From: Candidatus Thermofontivivens primus
Lineage (GTDB): Bacteria > Sysuimicrobiota > Sysuimicrobiia > Sysuimicrobiales > Thermofontiviventaceae
Length of the DNA: 64,000 bases
Direction of reading: 5' to 3'
NCBI GenBank assembly: GCA_031458695.1
Contig: JAVKJW010000004.1
Location: 1 to 64,000 of the forward strand
How positions within the stretch are numbered: the stretch's first letter is position 1; each line of letters opens with the position of its first letter. Positions 28,882 through 38,738 of the stretch are shown piece by piece. A model generated the notes under the pieces. The model searched no databases. It saw nothing but the letters and a program-made list of their open reading frames with translations, and was not told the DNA's origin. The position numbers were made by a program, and so were the translations under genes.

Positions 28882-30029
28882 TGAGGCGGTTCGCCTGGCC
28901 GACAGATCGCAACCCACTCAGGGTCGTCGCCTTGATGTCCGGAACTTCCCTGGATGGCATTGATGCGGCTGTCGTCGAAGTGACCCGGAAGAACTCCGGC
29001 GTAAGCGTACGAACCCTGTCAGCTCTAACCCGTCCGTATACCCCGGAGGAACGAGAACGTCTTCACTCCCTATGCCGACAAGATACCCCCCTTGCAGAGG
29101 TGTGCGCAGCGAACTTCGATATCGCCTACTGGTTTGCCGAGGCTGCACAAAAAGCCATCCAGAAGGCCGGGCTGAGTCCGGAAGAGTGCGACCTCGTGGC
29201 ATCGCACGGCCAGACGATCTGGCACATCCCGGGCCATTCCACCCTCCAGATCGGAGAGGCAGCCGTTATTGCAGAAGTGACTGGGCTCCCCGTCGTCAGC
29301 AACTTCCGGGCCCGGGACATAGCAGCAGGTGGTCAGGGTGCGCCCCTTGCCTCCTACGTGGACTTTCTCCTCTTCTCCCACCCGGGCCACAGCCGCGCGG
29401 TTCAAAACATTGGAGGAATTGGAAACGTCACCTGGCTCCCAGCAGGCGGTTCACCTCAGGATGTGATCTCGTTCGATACCGGACCAGGGAACATGGTCAT
29501 CAACGAAGTCGTCTCCTTGCTCACGGGCCGGGGGATGGATGAAAACGGTCACATCGCCGCAACTGGACGGGTCAGTCAGGATCTGCTGGAAGCGTTGATC
29601 CAAGATCCCTTCTTCGCTACACCACCTCCCAAAACAACGGGGCGAGAGAAGTTTGGAGAGGAGTATGCCCGGAATCTCATACAACGGGGAAGATCGCTGG
29701 GTTTGGGAGATGCCGATCTCGTCGCAACCGCCACCATGCTCACAGTCCGCTCGATCCGCGACGCATACCGGCGGTTTCTTCCCCATGTGGACGAAGTGAT
29801 CCTGGCCGGGGGAGGTGTCCACAATACCACCCTCGTGCGCTGGTTATGTGATGCATTGGACCCCATACCAGTACGGAGCGTTGCGGACTACGGGATTGAT
29901 CCTGATTTCAAGGAAGCTGTGGTGTTCGCTGTCCTCGGCGCAGAGACCGCATGGGGGAACCCCGCAAACCTTCCGTCGGCAACGGGAGCGCGTAGGCACG
30001 TGATCTTGGGCGATCTGACGCCGCCGTAG
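28881..30029 (+). CDS. anmK: anhydro-N-acetylmuramic acid kinase
   Basis: MSGTSLDGID, SHGQT, GGQGAPL, NIGGIGN, FDTGPGN, KTTGRE.F, KEA. Confidence 0.96.
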   Translation: MRRFAWPTDRNPLRVVALMSGTSLDGIDAAVVEVTRKNSGVSVRTLSALTRPYTPEERERLHSLCRQDTPLAEVCAANFDIAYWFAEAAQKAIQKAGLSPEECDLVASHGQTIWHIPGHSTLQIGEAAVIAEVTGLPVVSNFRARDIAAGGQGAPLASYVDFLLFSHPGHSRAVQNIGGIGNVTWLPAGGSPQDVISFDTGPGNMVINEVVSLLTGRGMDENGHIAATGRVSQDLLEALIQDPFFATPPPKTTGREKFGEEYARNLIQRGRSLGLGDADLVATATMLTVRSIRDAYRRFLPHVDEVILAGGGVHNTTLVRWLCDALDPIPVRSVADYGIDPDFKEAVVFAVLGAETAWGNPANLPSATGARRHVILGDLTPP

Positions 30030-30064
30030 GAAGCCGTCACAGGCGATCCCGCCTTCCCAATCGG

Positions 30065-30143
30065 TCTCACTACCGCGGCAAACGTCTTCTGACGTTCGTC
30101 GGAGCTCCCCAGCAAAACTTTGACGAGAGGGTTCGCGAGGGTC
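30065..30143. repeat. degenerate tandem pair of REP-like elements
   Basis: TCTCACTACCGCGGCAAACGTCTTCTGACGTTCGTCGGAGC followed by CCCCAGCAAAAC...; aligns by eye with 35283-35380. Confidence 0.55.
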
Positions 30144-30253
30144 CCTCCATAGCCAAGAGCGCTCAGAAGCCGAGAGCTCCTTCAAGACAGCAACCAGCAC
30201 GCTACGGTCTCGCAGCGAGCGTCAGCGGGGGATGAGAAAGTAGTGGGGGGTCC

Positions 30254-30736
30254 TCAGCCTCCGTAGTACCAGCCTGTATCCCACATCTCCAACGGCTTCG
30301 CCTGCAGGTCGCGCAATCCCGCGTTGATGACCTCGGCCACAAAGACCGTATGGTCCCCGCGCTTCACGGTGTCTGTGACACGCGCTTCAAACCAGGCTGG
30401 AAGGTCGATGAGCAGGGGGGCGGCGGTCTGCGGTCCCGGTTCGAATGGGTAGCCGTTGATACGCCCATTTTCGACCTGAGAGGGACGGAAGAAAGCGGAA
30501 GCGATCTCTTTCTGGTTGGCCCCTAGGATGTTGACCGCAAAGGCGCGGCTGCCCTCGATCAGAGCGTGCAACCGGCTGTCCCTTTTCACGGCGACCATGA
30601 CCAGCGGAGGCGCAAATGAGGCCTGAGAAAGCCAATTGACTGTACCGGCTACCACCTCTCCCTTGTCCGCAGCCGTGAGGATGTACAGACCGTAGGTGAG
30701 GAGTCGCAACGTCTGCTTCTTGGCTTCGGGATCCAT
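30254..30736 (-). CDS. flavin reductase family protein
   Basis: LTYGLYIL, QASFAPP, FAVNIL, GDHTVFVAEV, YGG end. Confidence 0.9.
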   Translation of the reverse strand: MDPEAKKQTLRLLTYGLYILTAADKGEVVAGTVNWLSQASFAPPLVMVAVKRDSRLHALIEGSRAFAVNILGANQKEIASAFFRPSQVENGRINGYPFEPGPQTAAPLLIDLPAWFEARVTDTVKRGDHTVFVAEVINAGLRDLQAKPLEMWDTGWYYGG

Positions 30737-30819
30737 CAGGATTCCTCCCCTTGCAGAATACCGCCTCTCTCCTTCCCGCGTCGCAGTTCCCGCCCGGCGT
30801 CACCAGGGCAGGAGGACGA

Positions 30820-31128
30820 TTACCCCCAGAGAGAGGGAAGGTGAGCGATGCGTGCCCAACCTTCGCCTTCGCGCACCCGCTCCACCCTGAGATCGTCGAA
30901 GTAACGATCCAGGACAGCTGCCCTTTCCATCGCCAGCGGTGGGGAACAGTAATCTTCCTCTTCCCATACAGCCTCCCCGCTCGCTGGATCGATCCTGGCA
31001 TCCTCCAGAGACTTGGTCAGGGCCCGGCCGAATGGCCGCATAGCGTGGAACTCCCTACGTTCCAGCCGCAGGCGGAGTTCGTTGGCGAGGGCAGGGTTCA
31101 GACGCGCCCGAACAAGGTAATACGCCAC
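30820..31128 (-). CDS. conserved-looking hypothetical protein
   Basis: GTG start with GGGGG RBS; WEEEDYCSPPLAMERAAVLDRYF motif-like segment. Confidence 0.7.
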   Translation of the reverse strand: MAYYLVRARLNPALANELRLRLERREFHAMRPFGRALTKSLEDARIDPASGEAVWEEEDYCSPPLAMERAAVLDRYFDDLRVERVREGEGWARIAHLPSLWG

Positions 31129-31454
31129 AACAGCCCCCCATCCGGCATGTGTACAGTATTCACTGTCTCCAGTAGCACGAAACCTCCCCGGTCGTCAAGC
31201 AAGCCCACGCAAGGTCCCTCCTACTCACAGGGTCTAGCCAGGAGGATGTCTCCATCCTCGCCTCCTGTGTATAGCTTTGGGAGGATCATGCCTCTCGAAG
31301 GATGGATGTAGCTCGTCTGTCGTCTTCCCGCACCCGGAGCTTTCTGCTATAATAAAACCGACGTGCCGTCCGAGGCGGGAGCTCCTCCCATGGCAAGGGA
31401 AGAGAGGCGCTCCCAGAGTAGCCGGCGGGTTTGGAGAGTCCACGAGGGGAGGGT

Positions 31455-31940
31455 TTGCCCGTGCTTCTCGTCAAGGTCAAGGGGGTTGCGTTGGACCAGC
31501 ACATGAACCCTGTTGTCCTCCTGGTAGATCAACCCGAGACCATCGCTTTGCCCATCTGGATCGGGCAGGCCGAGGCCACAGCGATCGCCATTCAACTCCA
31601 GGGCGTCAAAACTCCCCGGCCCATGACGCACGATCTCCTCAAGTCCATCCTTCAAAGCCTCTCCGCGACGGTGAAGCGGGTTGTCGTCACCGACGTCCAG
31701 AACAGCACCTATTTCGCGGAAATCCACATTGTGAGCAACGGCCAGGAGATCATCATCGACTCGCGCCCAAGCGACGCGATTGCCCTTGCTCTCCGGATGG
31801 AGGCGCCCATCTATATCGAGGAGAAAGTTGCAGCTCAGGCAATTGCCCTGAAGAAGCCTCTCGGCGAAGAAGAGATGGAGGAGTTCCGCAAGTTCCTGGA
31901 GAACGTGAAGCCGGAGGACTTCAAGAGAACCCTGCACTGA
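31455..31940 (+). CDS. bifunctional nuclease family protein (DUF151)
   Basis: LPIWIG..EA, RPMTHDL, DSRPSDAIALALR; extended -10 TGCTATAAT near 31345. Confidence 0.92.
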   Translation: MPVLLVKVKGVALDQHMNPVVLLVDQPETIALPIWIGQAEATAIAIQLQGVKTPRPMTHDLLKSILQSLSATVKRVVVTDVQNSTYFAEIHIVSNGQEIIIDSRPSDAIALALRMEAPIYIEEKVAAQAIALKKPLGEEEMEEFRKFLENVKPEDFKRTLH

Positions 31941-31996
31941 CCCCCGGCAAGGACCTCAGAAGCCCAGCAAAGCTCTTGATCAGATAGTTCAAGAAA

Positions 31997-32033
31997 GGCC
32001 CCGGCAAAGGGCAAAAGACTTTTGCCGGGGTTC
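31997..32033. repeat. REP-like palindrome copy (plus half copies at 31941 and 31963)
   Basis: GGCCCCGGCAAA...TTTGCCGGGGTTC between convergent genes. Confidence 0.75.
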
Positions 32034-32789
32034 TTAGTACATGCTCATCCCGCCATCCACGACAAGCGTCTGCCCTGTGATATAACGGGCACGGTCCGAG
32101 GCCAGGAAAACGGCTGCCCGAGCTACCTCCTCCGGAGTCGCGAACCGGCGCAGGGGGATGCGTTCGGCGATCTCGCGGCGGCGCTCAAGGGTGAGATAGG
32201 CTTGAATGCGTGTCTCGGTATAGCCAGGGGCGATGGCATTGACCCGGATATGGGGGGCAAGCTCGGCAGCGAGGCACTTTGTGAGCATGAGGAGGCCGGC
32301 CTTGGAGACGGCGTAATGGACGGCCCCTCCTCCGATGAGGCCACGCATGGAGCCGATGTTGAGGATCACCCCTCCTCCCTGCCGCTCCATGTACGGGAGG
32401 ACGGCCTGCACGCACAGGAATGGCCCCTTGAGGTTCACAGCCATCATAGCGTCCCAGCTTTCCTCGGATAGCTCCCGGAATGGGGTCCGGTCGATGCGGC
32501 CGGCGTTGTTGACGAGGATGTCGATACGGCCGAAGGCCTCGATCACCCGATGAACCATCTCCTGGACCTGGTCGTACCGGGAGACATCGGCACGCACGGC
32601 GATGGCCTTTCCTCCAGCGTCTGTCAGCGCCCGTACGACAGAGAGGGCTTCCTCCTCCGAGGTATGGTAGTTCAAGGCCACCGCTGCGCCCTCACGGACG
32701 AACGCGTGCACAATCGCGCGGCCGATCCCATGGGCAGCGCCAGTGACCAACGCGACTTTTCCAAGAAGGAGAGGCTTCTTCGCGTCCAT
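32034..32789 (-). CDS. SDR family oxidoreductase (FabG-like)
   Basis: TGAAHGIG, NNAG, YAVSK, VNAIAPG, ITGQ..VVDGG. Confidence 0.93.
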   Translation of the reverse strand: MDAKKPLLLGKVALVTGAAHGIGRAIVHAFVREGAAVALNYHTSEEEALSVVRALTDAGGKAIAVRADVSRYDQVQEMVHRVIEAFGRIDILVNNAGRIDRTPFRELSEESWDAMMAVNLKGPFLCVQAVLPYMERQGGGVILNIGSMRGLIGGGAVHYAVSKAGLLMLTKCLAAELAPHIRVNAIAPGYTETRIQAYLTLERRREIAERIPLRRFATPEEVARAAVFLASDRARYITGQTLVVDGGMSMY

Positions 32790-32916
32790 CTCCGACTTCC
32801 TCCCCTCTCTCCTCATTCGCGACCAGGAAAGGGTTTCCCTACATGTACCCTGCGGAGACGCCCACTTCCCAGGTGAGTGTGCGGTCCCATCTCTAATTGC
32901 GACGAGTGGAGGTCGA

Positions 32917-34071
32917 TCATGTAGAGGAGAGGCCCCGGCGGTCGTAGGTGTAAATCCTCCCGTTGGCTCTGAGCTTCACCGGGTTCCTCCAAAGCGTGTG
33001 GACGGCCTTCAGGAAGAGGGCAATGCGCTTAGGATCCAGCTTCTTCTCCTCCTCACAGTGGGCGAGGACGAGCTCCCTCCCGTTGTGCCCTGGCTCTACC
33101 TCGACGTGCGGCTCGCCTTTGTAAAGCTTCTGGTGGATGAGCATCTCCTTGACCTGCTGGAGGTCGTAACTCTTGGTCTTCTCCTTGGGATCGTAGACGA
33201 AAATATCCAACCGCCGGACGAGGTCCTCGGTCAATACCTCGTCAATGAGGCGGACGTCCTCGTAGAAACTGCGCACCACCAGGACGCGTTCGTATCCCAT
33301 TGTCTCTTCGACGCGCTTGAACAGGCTGTACCCGATGAGATAGGGAGAGGGACGGTTGCAAAGCTGCATGGAGATGGACGCCCACTCCTTGGCGGTGAGG
33401 ATCTCACGGAGCAAGGTGGATTCCACGAAGGTGGCCCACCCCTCATTGATAATATGGGTCCGCTGGATGAGATCGAAGTACTCCGCTTCCTCTCGGATGA
33501 GTTGGAGGAGATGGTGTTCCCATGCCTCAAGGGGGGCTCTCTCCTCAAGGTAGTAGATGAGGCGTTTGCTCCGTTCTGCAGGGTTGCGCTCAAAGGCGTT
33601 GACCGTGCTGGCTACCGTGAGGCATGCGTCCAGGATCTTCTCGACACGGTCTAGTCCGTAGGTGCGCTCGTACTGGCGGATGATACGGGCGTGGAGCTCC
33701 GCCTCGTTCAGCATGTTCTTGTTGGACTTCTGGTACCAGTGGTTGTTCTTAAAGAAGTCGGCGTGGCCAAAGACGTGGGCGATCACGAGGACGTTCTGGA
33801 GGTAGGTGTTATTCTTCCGCAAGAAGGCGTACGAAGGGTTGGTGTTCAGCACCAGCTCCAGGATGTTGAAGACCTCTTTGCTCTGCTGGGTCACCAGCTC
33901 CTTGAACGTCCCACCCCAGTACCAGTGGATGAACCGGTTGGGCAGGCCCATGCTGGCAACCTCGGCGATCTCCTCTCCGTCGGACATACGGAAGTAGACA
34001 GGGTCGAAGCTCAGCCCCTTGTCGCGCGCTAGTGCCTCGATCCTCTCAATGATCGCCTGGTACTCCTCCAT
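32917..34071 (-). CDS. SpoVR/YcgB family protein
   Basis: GLPNRFIHWYWG, ELVLN..P, AHVFGHADFFKNN, INEGWATF. Confidence 0.9.
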   Translation of the reverse strand: MEEYQAIIERIEALARDKGLSFDPVYFRMSDGEEIAEVASMGLPNRFIHWYWGGTFKELVTQQSKEVFNILELVLNTNPSYAFLRKNNTYLQNVLVIAHVFGHADFFKNNHWYQKSNKNMLNEAELHARIIRQYERTYGLDRVEKILDACLTVASTVNAFERNPAERSKRLIYYLEERAPLEAWEHHLLQLIREEAEYFDLIQRTHIINEGWATFVESTLLREILTAKEWASISMQLCNRPSPYLIGYSLFKRVEETMGYERVLVVRSFYEDVRLIDEVLTEDLVRRLDIFVYDPKEKTKSYDLQQVKEMLIHQKLYKGEPHVEVEPGHNGRELVLAHCEEEKKLDPKRIALFLKAVHTLWRNPVKLRANGRIYTYDRRGLSST

Positions 34072-35198
34072 GGGCGATTCCCTCCCCGCTGGCCCTTCAG
34101 AAAGGACAAGAACTCCACAAGCGCCGCTTTGATCGTCTCCATGTCCATGAGGTTCGCGAATGTGGCGTTGGGCCTTTTGCGGGCCATCTCCTGGACGACC
34201 TCACTGAACCCGCCGATCCCCCTCCCTCCAGGGTTGACGTGGCCGTAACAAACGAGGTCGAACTTCTCCAGGGCCTCCTCGTACTTCTGCCGAGCCAAGT
34301 CGAAGTCGCTGGAAGAGGTCTCCCCGTCTGTGAACATGAACAGGAATTTGTCGTACTCCGTGACCCCCTCCAGTAGCTCCATGGCCTTCTCGAAGCCGCT
34401 AGAGATATGCGTCCCTCCGCTCGATTCGACGCAGAAGAACTCCTCCCGAGTCTTCTCCTCCGCAACGTCCTGGAAGACAACGTACCGGCGCAGGTTGGTG
34501 GGGTAGCGCTTCTCCAGGTAGTACCAGAGGATGAAGATGGTCTTCCGCACGAGCGAGAGGTACTCCCCGCGCATGGACCCGGAGATATCCAGCACGTAGA
34601 TCTCAAGCGACCTGTGGTTCTGAAAGCTCGCTGGATCCTCCACGAAATACCAGCCGTCGTAGCGAAGATCCACATCGTAGTCCAGGACCCCGCGTTCGCG
34701 CACATTTCGCAGGAGCGAGTGTATCATCGTCTCCTCAAGGTTCAGGTCCGGGCGCAACCCAATCCTGTCCAGGTCGTCGAGCTCGGGGATGTCCTCCGTC
34801 TCCACCTCCCCCGACCTCATCGGCTCGTGAAAGGCAGGGAGCTCCAGCTCCTCGAGGAGAACTTCCTGGGCTAAGCGTACGAACTCGTCGAAGTCCAGCT
34901 CCACCCGGAGCTCCTTGCCGTGGTGGTCTCCTCCCAGAATTCCTCCGAGCACCACGATCTCCTCGTCGGAGACCTTTCCTCCCTTCCCCTTTCCTTGCCC
35001 TCCCGGCCCTTGGGCCAGGACCGGCAACTCCTCGCCGTACTTGAGCGTGGGGAGGTCAAGGGTCGTAATCTGGGTCTTGACTTTCCCGTTGACGACCAGT
35101 TCCTTCTGCTGGATCAATTCGTTGAGGTTTTGCTTGAGGTACTCCCGGAGGAGCTGGTCGTGCTTATACTGGGCAAGCCTGCCACGATGGATCCGCAT
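34029..35198 (-). CDS. YeaH/YhbH (DUF444) family vWA-like protein
   Basis: Gly-rich linker, LELP, MIDAS LDISGSM, ESSGGT, FTDGE; lies between prkA and spoVR. Confidence 0.85.
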   Translation of the reverse strand: MRIHRGRLAQYKHDQLLREYLKQNLNELIQQKELVVNGKVKTQITTLDLPTLKYGEELPVLAQGPGGQGKGKGGKVSDEEIVVLGGILGGDHHGKELRVELDFDEFVRLAQEVLLEELELPAFHEPMRSGEVETEDIPELDDLDRIGLRPDLNLEETMIHSLLRNVRERGVLDYDVDLRYDGWYFVEDPASFQNHRSLEIYVLDISGSMRGEYLSLVRKTIFILWYYLEKRYPTNLRRYVVFQDVAEEKTREEFFCVESSGGTHISSGFEKAMELLEGVTEYDKFLFMFTDGETSSSDFDLARQKYEEALEKFDLVCYGHVNPGGRGIGGFSEVVQEMARKRPNATFANLMDMETIKAALVEFLSFLKGQRGGNRPWRSTRRSLRGSRH

Positions 35199-35283
35199 TC
35201 CTCTCTCCTCTGTGCTCGCCACGATCGCACCTTTCGAAGGAGCCCCGCAAAACCTTTGGACTAGGTCCGGAGAGGCCCCGTTT

Positions 35284-35380
35284 CTCAGTACCCCGGCAAA
35301 AGTCTTTTGACTTTTGCCGGGAGCCCCCTTGAAAGAAATAAACGACCCCCAGCAAAATCTCGACGAAAGATTTTGCTGGG
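35284..35380. repeat. tandem pair of REP-like palindromes inside the prkA-yeaH spacer
   Basis: CCCGGCAAAAGTC-TTTT-GACTTTTGCCGGG and CCCAGCAAAATCT-CGACGAA-AGATTTTGCTGGG. Confidence 0.8.
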
Positions 35381-35499
35381 CTACATCCTCCGTCCACCGC
35401 TTCCCTCTCTATCATACCATCGGCAGGGAAGAAACATTCCTGGAGATGCGCCGTCCTTCGGCATTCCGGCATCACGCTCGCGATTTCTGCGAGAGCTCT

Positions 35500-37170
35500 T
35501 CAGAAGCTACGCCCGATGATTCGGAAGAGGGAGCGGGCACAGTTCTGGCAATACCCATAGTCCCGGATCGCACTCGCGTAGAGGACATCGAGGATCTCCC
35601 GACTCCTCGAGTCCAGCTCCTCGCTCTTCTCATAGAGGCGCAGGCAGTTTTTGATCTTGTTGAAGACGAGCTCATTGATGGCCGGGCGCAGATGCTCATG
35701 ATCCTTGTAGCTCATTTTCATCAGCTCGTCCTTGCGTTCCAGGAGAACGTTCTCGAAAGCCACCCTCCCCTGGCGGCTGATCAGGCGTTTCTGCACCAGC
35801 ACGCCCTCCACCTCGTCGATGAGCTCCTTTTCCCCCTCTGAAAGGGGCTCTCCCACGACGTTCCGGCTGACGGCCTCCAAGTAGTTGAGGTAGAGGTTCT
35901 GCCCGTAGTCAGCAAAGTAGACGGGGACGATCTCCTCCACGATCATCTCCACTTTCTTATTGATGAAGTCCATCTTGGCCTCCTCGAACAGCTTGAGCTG
36001 CTCCTTCAGGTTGAGGTCCTTGATGGACTGGTGCTCGAATGTACGCTCAATGGCTTGGGCGATGTGCTCCAGGTCGATGCACGATCCAGAGATCGTGTAC
36101 GCGAAGGAGAAGGCGTCTTCAAAGAACCTCGGGGACAGGCCGCGGAGGCCTCCGGACTCCTCCCGGGTTTTGAGGGCGAACCGCGCAGCCAGCTCGTACA
36201 CATCCTCGGGAACGTGCTTGTTCTCCCCCCGGATCCTGTTCGCCCGCTCGATGAGTGCTTTGTAGATGTTCTTCTCTCCCTCAAGGTCGGTGTTGTAGGG
36301 GAAGTCGATCTTGTGGATCCGCCCTCGCAGCGGCTCCATAATGTCCTCAGAGAGGAAGACATTGTACTCCGGGTAATTGCTGTGCCCGATGACCACACAG
36401 TCCACGTGGACAGTAGGGAAGTTAGGGAAATCGATCCGCTTGGACTGAATGAGCTCGAGGAGCAAGGAGAGGAGCTGGCGTCTGCTCTTAAAGACCTCTG
36501 TCCAATCCAGGATCCCCCGGTTCGCCCAGATGACCTTCCCTTCGAAGTCGTAGGCGTCCGGGTCATAGGTTGAGCCCTTCTCCTTGAGCATGGCGAAGTT
36601 AATGTTCCCGATGAAGTTGGTGATGTCTTCCCGGCGGAGGTCGGTGGGGGTGTGCTTGGCGACGCCAACCTTGTCCTTGGCGGAGATGAAGATGCGCTTC
36701 ACAGGGACAAGAGCCCACCCACCGTACTTCTGGATGAGGCGGTCGCACACGGGACAAGGCACGGCCTCCTCATGCCAGTAAATCCCCTCCCGCTCGCGGA
36801 CTTCAGGAGGGACGAGATCGAAAGGGTGCTGGTGGAACGGACACCCATCAATGGCGTAGAGAGCACCGTCCTTGGTCCTGGAGTACTCCTCTAGTTTCCG
36901 CTTCAGTTTGTCCACGGTCATCGACTTCCCTGATCCCTGTGGCCCCACCAGAAGCAGCAGGCGACGCTCCATGCTCATGGAGTACCCTTTGAAGTAGGCC
37001 ACGATGTCGTCGAGCTGCTTGTCCATGCCGTAGATCCCCTCGAAGACCTTTTCGCGGCCGTAGTAGTCGAGCATATCTGCAATATAATGGTGCGTCGTCC
37101 TGGCCAGACGTTTATCTCTCTTAGCCTCCTGAAGGTAATCGTGGACTGTTTGAATCCTGGACATCCCCAT
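35500..37170 (-). CDS. prkA: PrkA/YeaG family AAA+ protein
   Basis: Walker A GPQGSGKS, GCPFH, ANRGIL, GHSN..EY, GLSPRF, YGYC..CA. Confidence 0.88.
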   Translation of the reverse strand: MGMSRIQTVHDYLQEAKRDKRLARTTHHYIADMLDYYGREKVFEGIYGMDKQLDDIVAYFKGYSMSMERRLLLLVGPQGSGKSMTVDKLKRKLEEYSRTKDGALYAIDGCPFHQHPFDLVPPEVREREGIYWHEEAVPCPVCDRLIQKYGGWALVPVKRIFISAKDKVGVAKHTPTDLRREDITNFIGNINFAMLKEKGSTYDPDAYDFEGKVIWANRGILDWTEVFKSRRQLLSLLLELIQSKRIDFPNFPTVHVDCVVIGHSNYPEYNVFLSEDIMEPLRGRIHKIDFPYNTDLEGEKNIYKALIERANRIRGENKHVPEDVYELAARFALKTREESGGLRGLSPRFFEDAFSFAYTISGSCIDLEHIAQAIERTFEHQSIKDLNLKEQLKLFEEAKMDFINKKVEMIVEEIVPVYFADYGQNLYLNYLEAVSRNVVGEPLSEGEKELIDEVEGVLVQKRLISRQGRVAFENVLLERKDELMKMSYKDHEHLRPAINELVFNKIKNCLRLYEKSEELDSRSREILDVLYASAIRDYGYCQNCARSLFRIIGRSF

Positions 37171-37258
37171 CGCCCCTTGACAACCCCTTCCCGTGGACCG
37201 GGTATTTGAACAGAAGTTGGAGCAACTCCCGGGCCATCCTCGTGGCTGTTTAGGGAGC

Positions 37259-37287
37259 AGTATAGCCGGGGCATTCTCACCTGTCAA
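37259..37287 (-). promoter_or_regulatory. near-consensus sigma70 promoter of prkA operon
   Basis: TTGACA-17 nt-TATACT. Confidence 0.7.
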
Positions 37288-37444
37288 ATGGGGTTTGAGA
37301 GTGTATGAAGACATATGTCCATGGCTTGTGGAGCTAGAAGAAGATCTCGCGCGTTTTTGCCGTGACCTGCGGGAAAAACTGCATCCTGGCTGGAGTCAGA
37401 CGAGTGCGAACATTCGCGGGAGATCCACCCTCCGAGATCCTCGC

Positions 37445-38722
37445 TCACGATGCCAGCTGGAGGAGAAGGGGGAGGATGTCGATCCCTTTGAGATGGCCAA
37501 GGCTCCCGTTGCTTGCCTCGCGTTCCCCAAAGGACCTGGTCCCATCTGCAGAGATCCCTCCTCCAGAGACAAGGAGGGGTACAGGATCATCTGAGTGGCC
37601 TCGGAGGCTGCAAGGTGTAGCGTGGTCAGCGGTCACCGCAATGAGAACTTGCTGAAGATCCAGGCTAGGTAGCAATGTGCCGAAGAACGCGCGGTCGATC
37701 TCCTCGATCATCTCCTTCTTGCGTCGGAAGTCGCCGTCGTGACCGGGCTCATCAGGCCCCTTGAGGTGGAGGTAGATACCTTCGTAGTTCTGGATGGCAT
37801 CGAGGGCCATCTCTGCCCAACGGCGGTAGGCCTCCGGCCGCCCCCCGGGAACAGGAGGAACCTCGATCACGGTCATCCCCAACAAGCTTGCAATCCCTCG
37901 CTCCACGGGCATCTCGACAAAGCAAGCGAAGCTCCTCCCAAAGACCTCCTGGAAGGAGGGAGCCTCTGGGAGGCGGTCGCCTGCGTCCCGGAGGAGGATG
38001 ACGTTGGCCGGGAGCCTCCCCTCCTTCCGGCGCCGCTCGTTAATGGGGTGATGCTCCAGAACCTCGCGACTCCTCCAGGTGAACTCGTTCACCAGCGCCG
38101 CCGCGATCCTGGCCTCTTCGCTCTCGTCCAGCGGCCGGGCGCGTTCGACCTCGTTGCTCTCCCCTGCCCTGGCGACACCCAGACCCCCCAGGCGTTCGTA
38201 GGCGGGGTCTGTGTTGGTGATATTCGCGGAGAGCCTTCCCTCCCGGGGAAAAAGGACGAGGACGCAGCGGTGGCCAATGGTGGCACGGAAGTCAAATGTC
38301 ACAGGGGCTTCTGTGAGCTGGACCTGAGCGCAGACAGCCTCGGCGAGCGCATGTGCCTCCGCCGAGGTCAGGTCCCGACCGGCACGGCGGTCCCGCAGGA
38401 TCCACCCATCGTCCACGGTGGCGAAGTTCCCCCGCAGGGCAAGATCTCCTTCTCTCATGCGGATTCCCACCCCAAGAGCCTCAAGGGGCCCACGGCCCGT
38501 ATGGTATCGGTGGGGATCGTAGCCGAGCACGGCCATGACTGCCACATCCGACTCCGGGGCGATCCCTGGCCCGACGGTGGTCACGAGGCCCTGACGCCCT
38601 TGCTGGGCCAGTTGGTCTAGGTGCGGAGTGCGCGCGGCTTCGAGGGGGGTCCTCCCATCCAGCTCAGGAAGCGGGCGGTCGCCGAGGCCATCGATGATCA
38701 CGTACAGGATTCGTTTCCTCAT
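37445..38722 (-). CDS. apgM: 2,3-bisphosphoglycerate-independent phosphoglycerate mutase, ApgM type
   Basis: IDGLGD, TPLEAA.TP.LD, ESDVA, GRGPLEALG, KGPDEPGHDG, TADHATP, HSDDPVP. Confidence 0.88.
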   Translation of the reverse strand: MRKRILYVIIDGLGDRPLPELDGRTPLEAARTPHLDQLAQQGRQGLVTTVGPGIAPESDVAVMAVLGYDPHRYHTGRGPLEALGVGIRMREGDLALRGNFATVDDGWILRDRRAGRDLTSAEAHALAEAVCAQVQLTEAPVTFDFRATIGHRCVLVLFPREGRLSANITNTDPAYERLGGLGVARAGESNEVERARPLDESEEARIAAALVNEFTWRSREVLEHHPINERRRKEGRLPANVILLRDAGDRLPEAPSFQEVFGRSFACFVEMPVERGIASLLGMTVIEVPPVPGGRPEAYRRWAEMALDAIQNYEGIYLHLKGPDEPGHDGDFRRKKEMIEEIDRAFFGTLLPSLDLQQVLIAVTADHATPCSLRGHSDDPVPLLVSGGGISADGTRSFGEREASNGSLGHLKGIDILPLLLQLAS

Positions 38723-38738
38723 CGGATCCACTCCCTCC

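Noticed and set aside
32917..37170. Evidence for sporulation
   Set aside because: prkA-yeaH-spoVR occurs widely in non-sporulating bacteria, and there are no other spo genes here.
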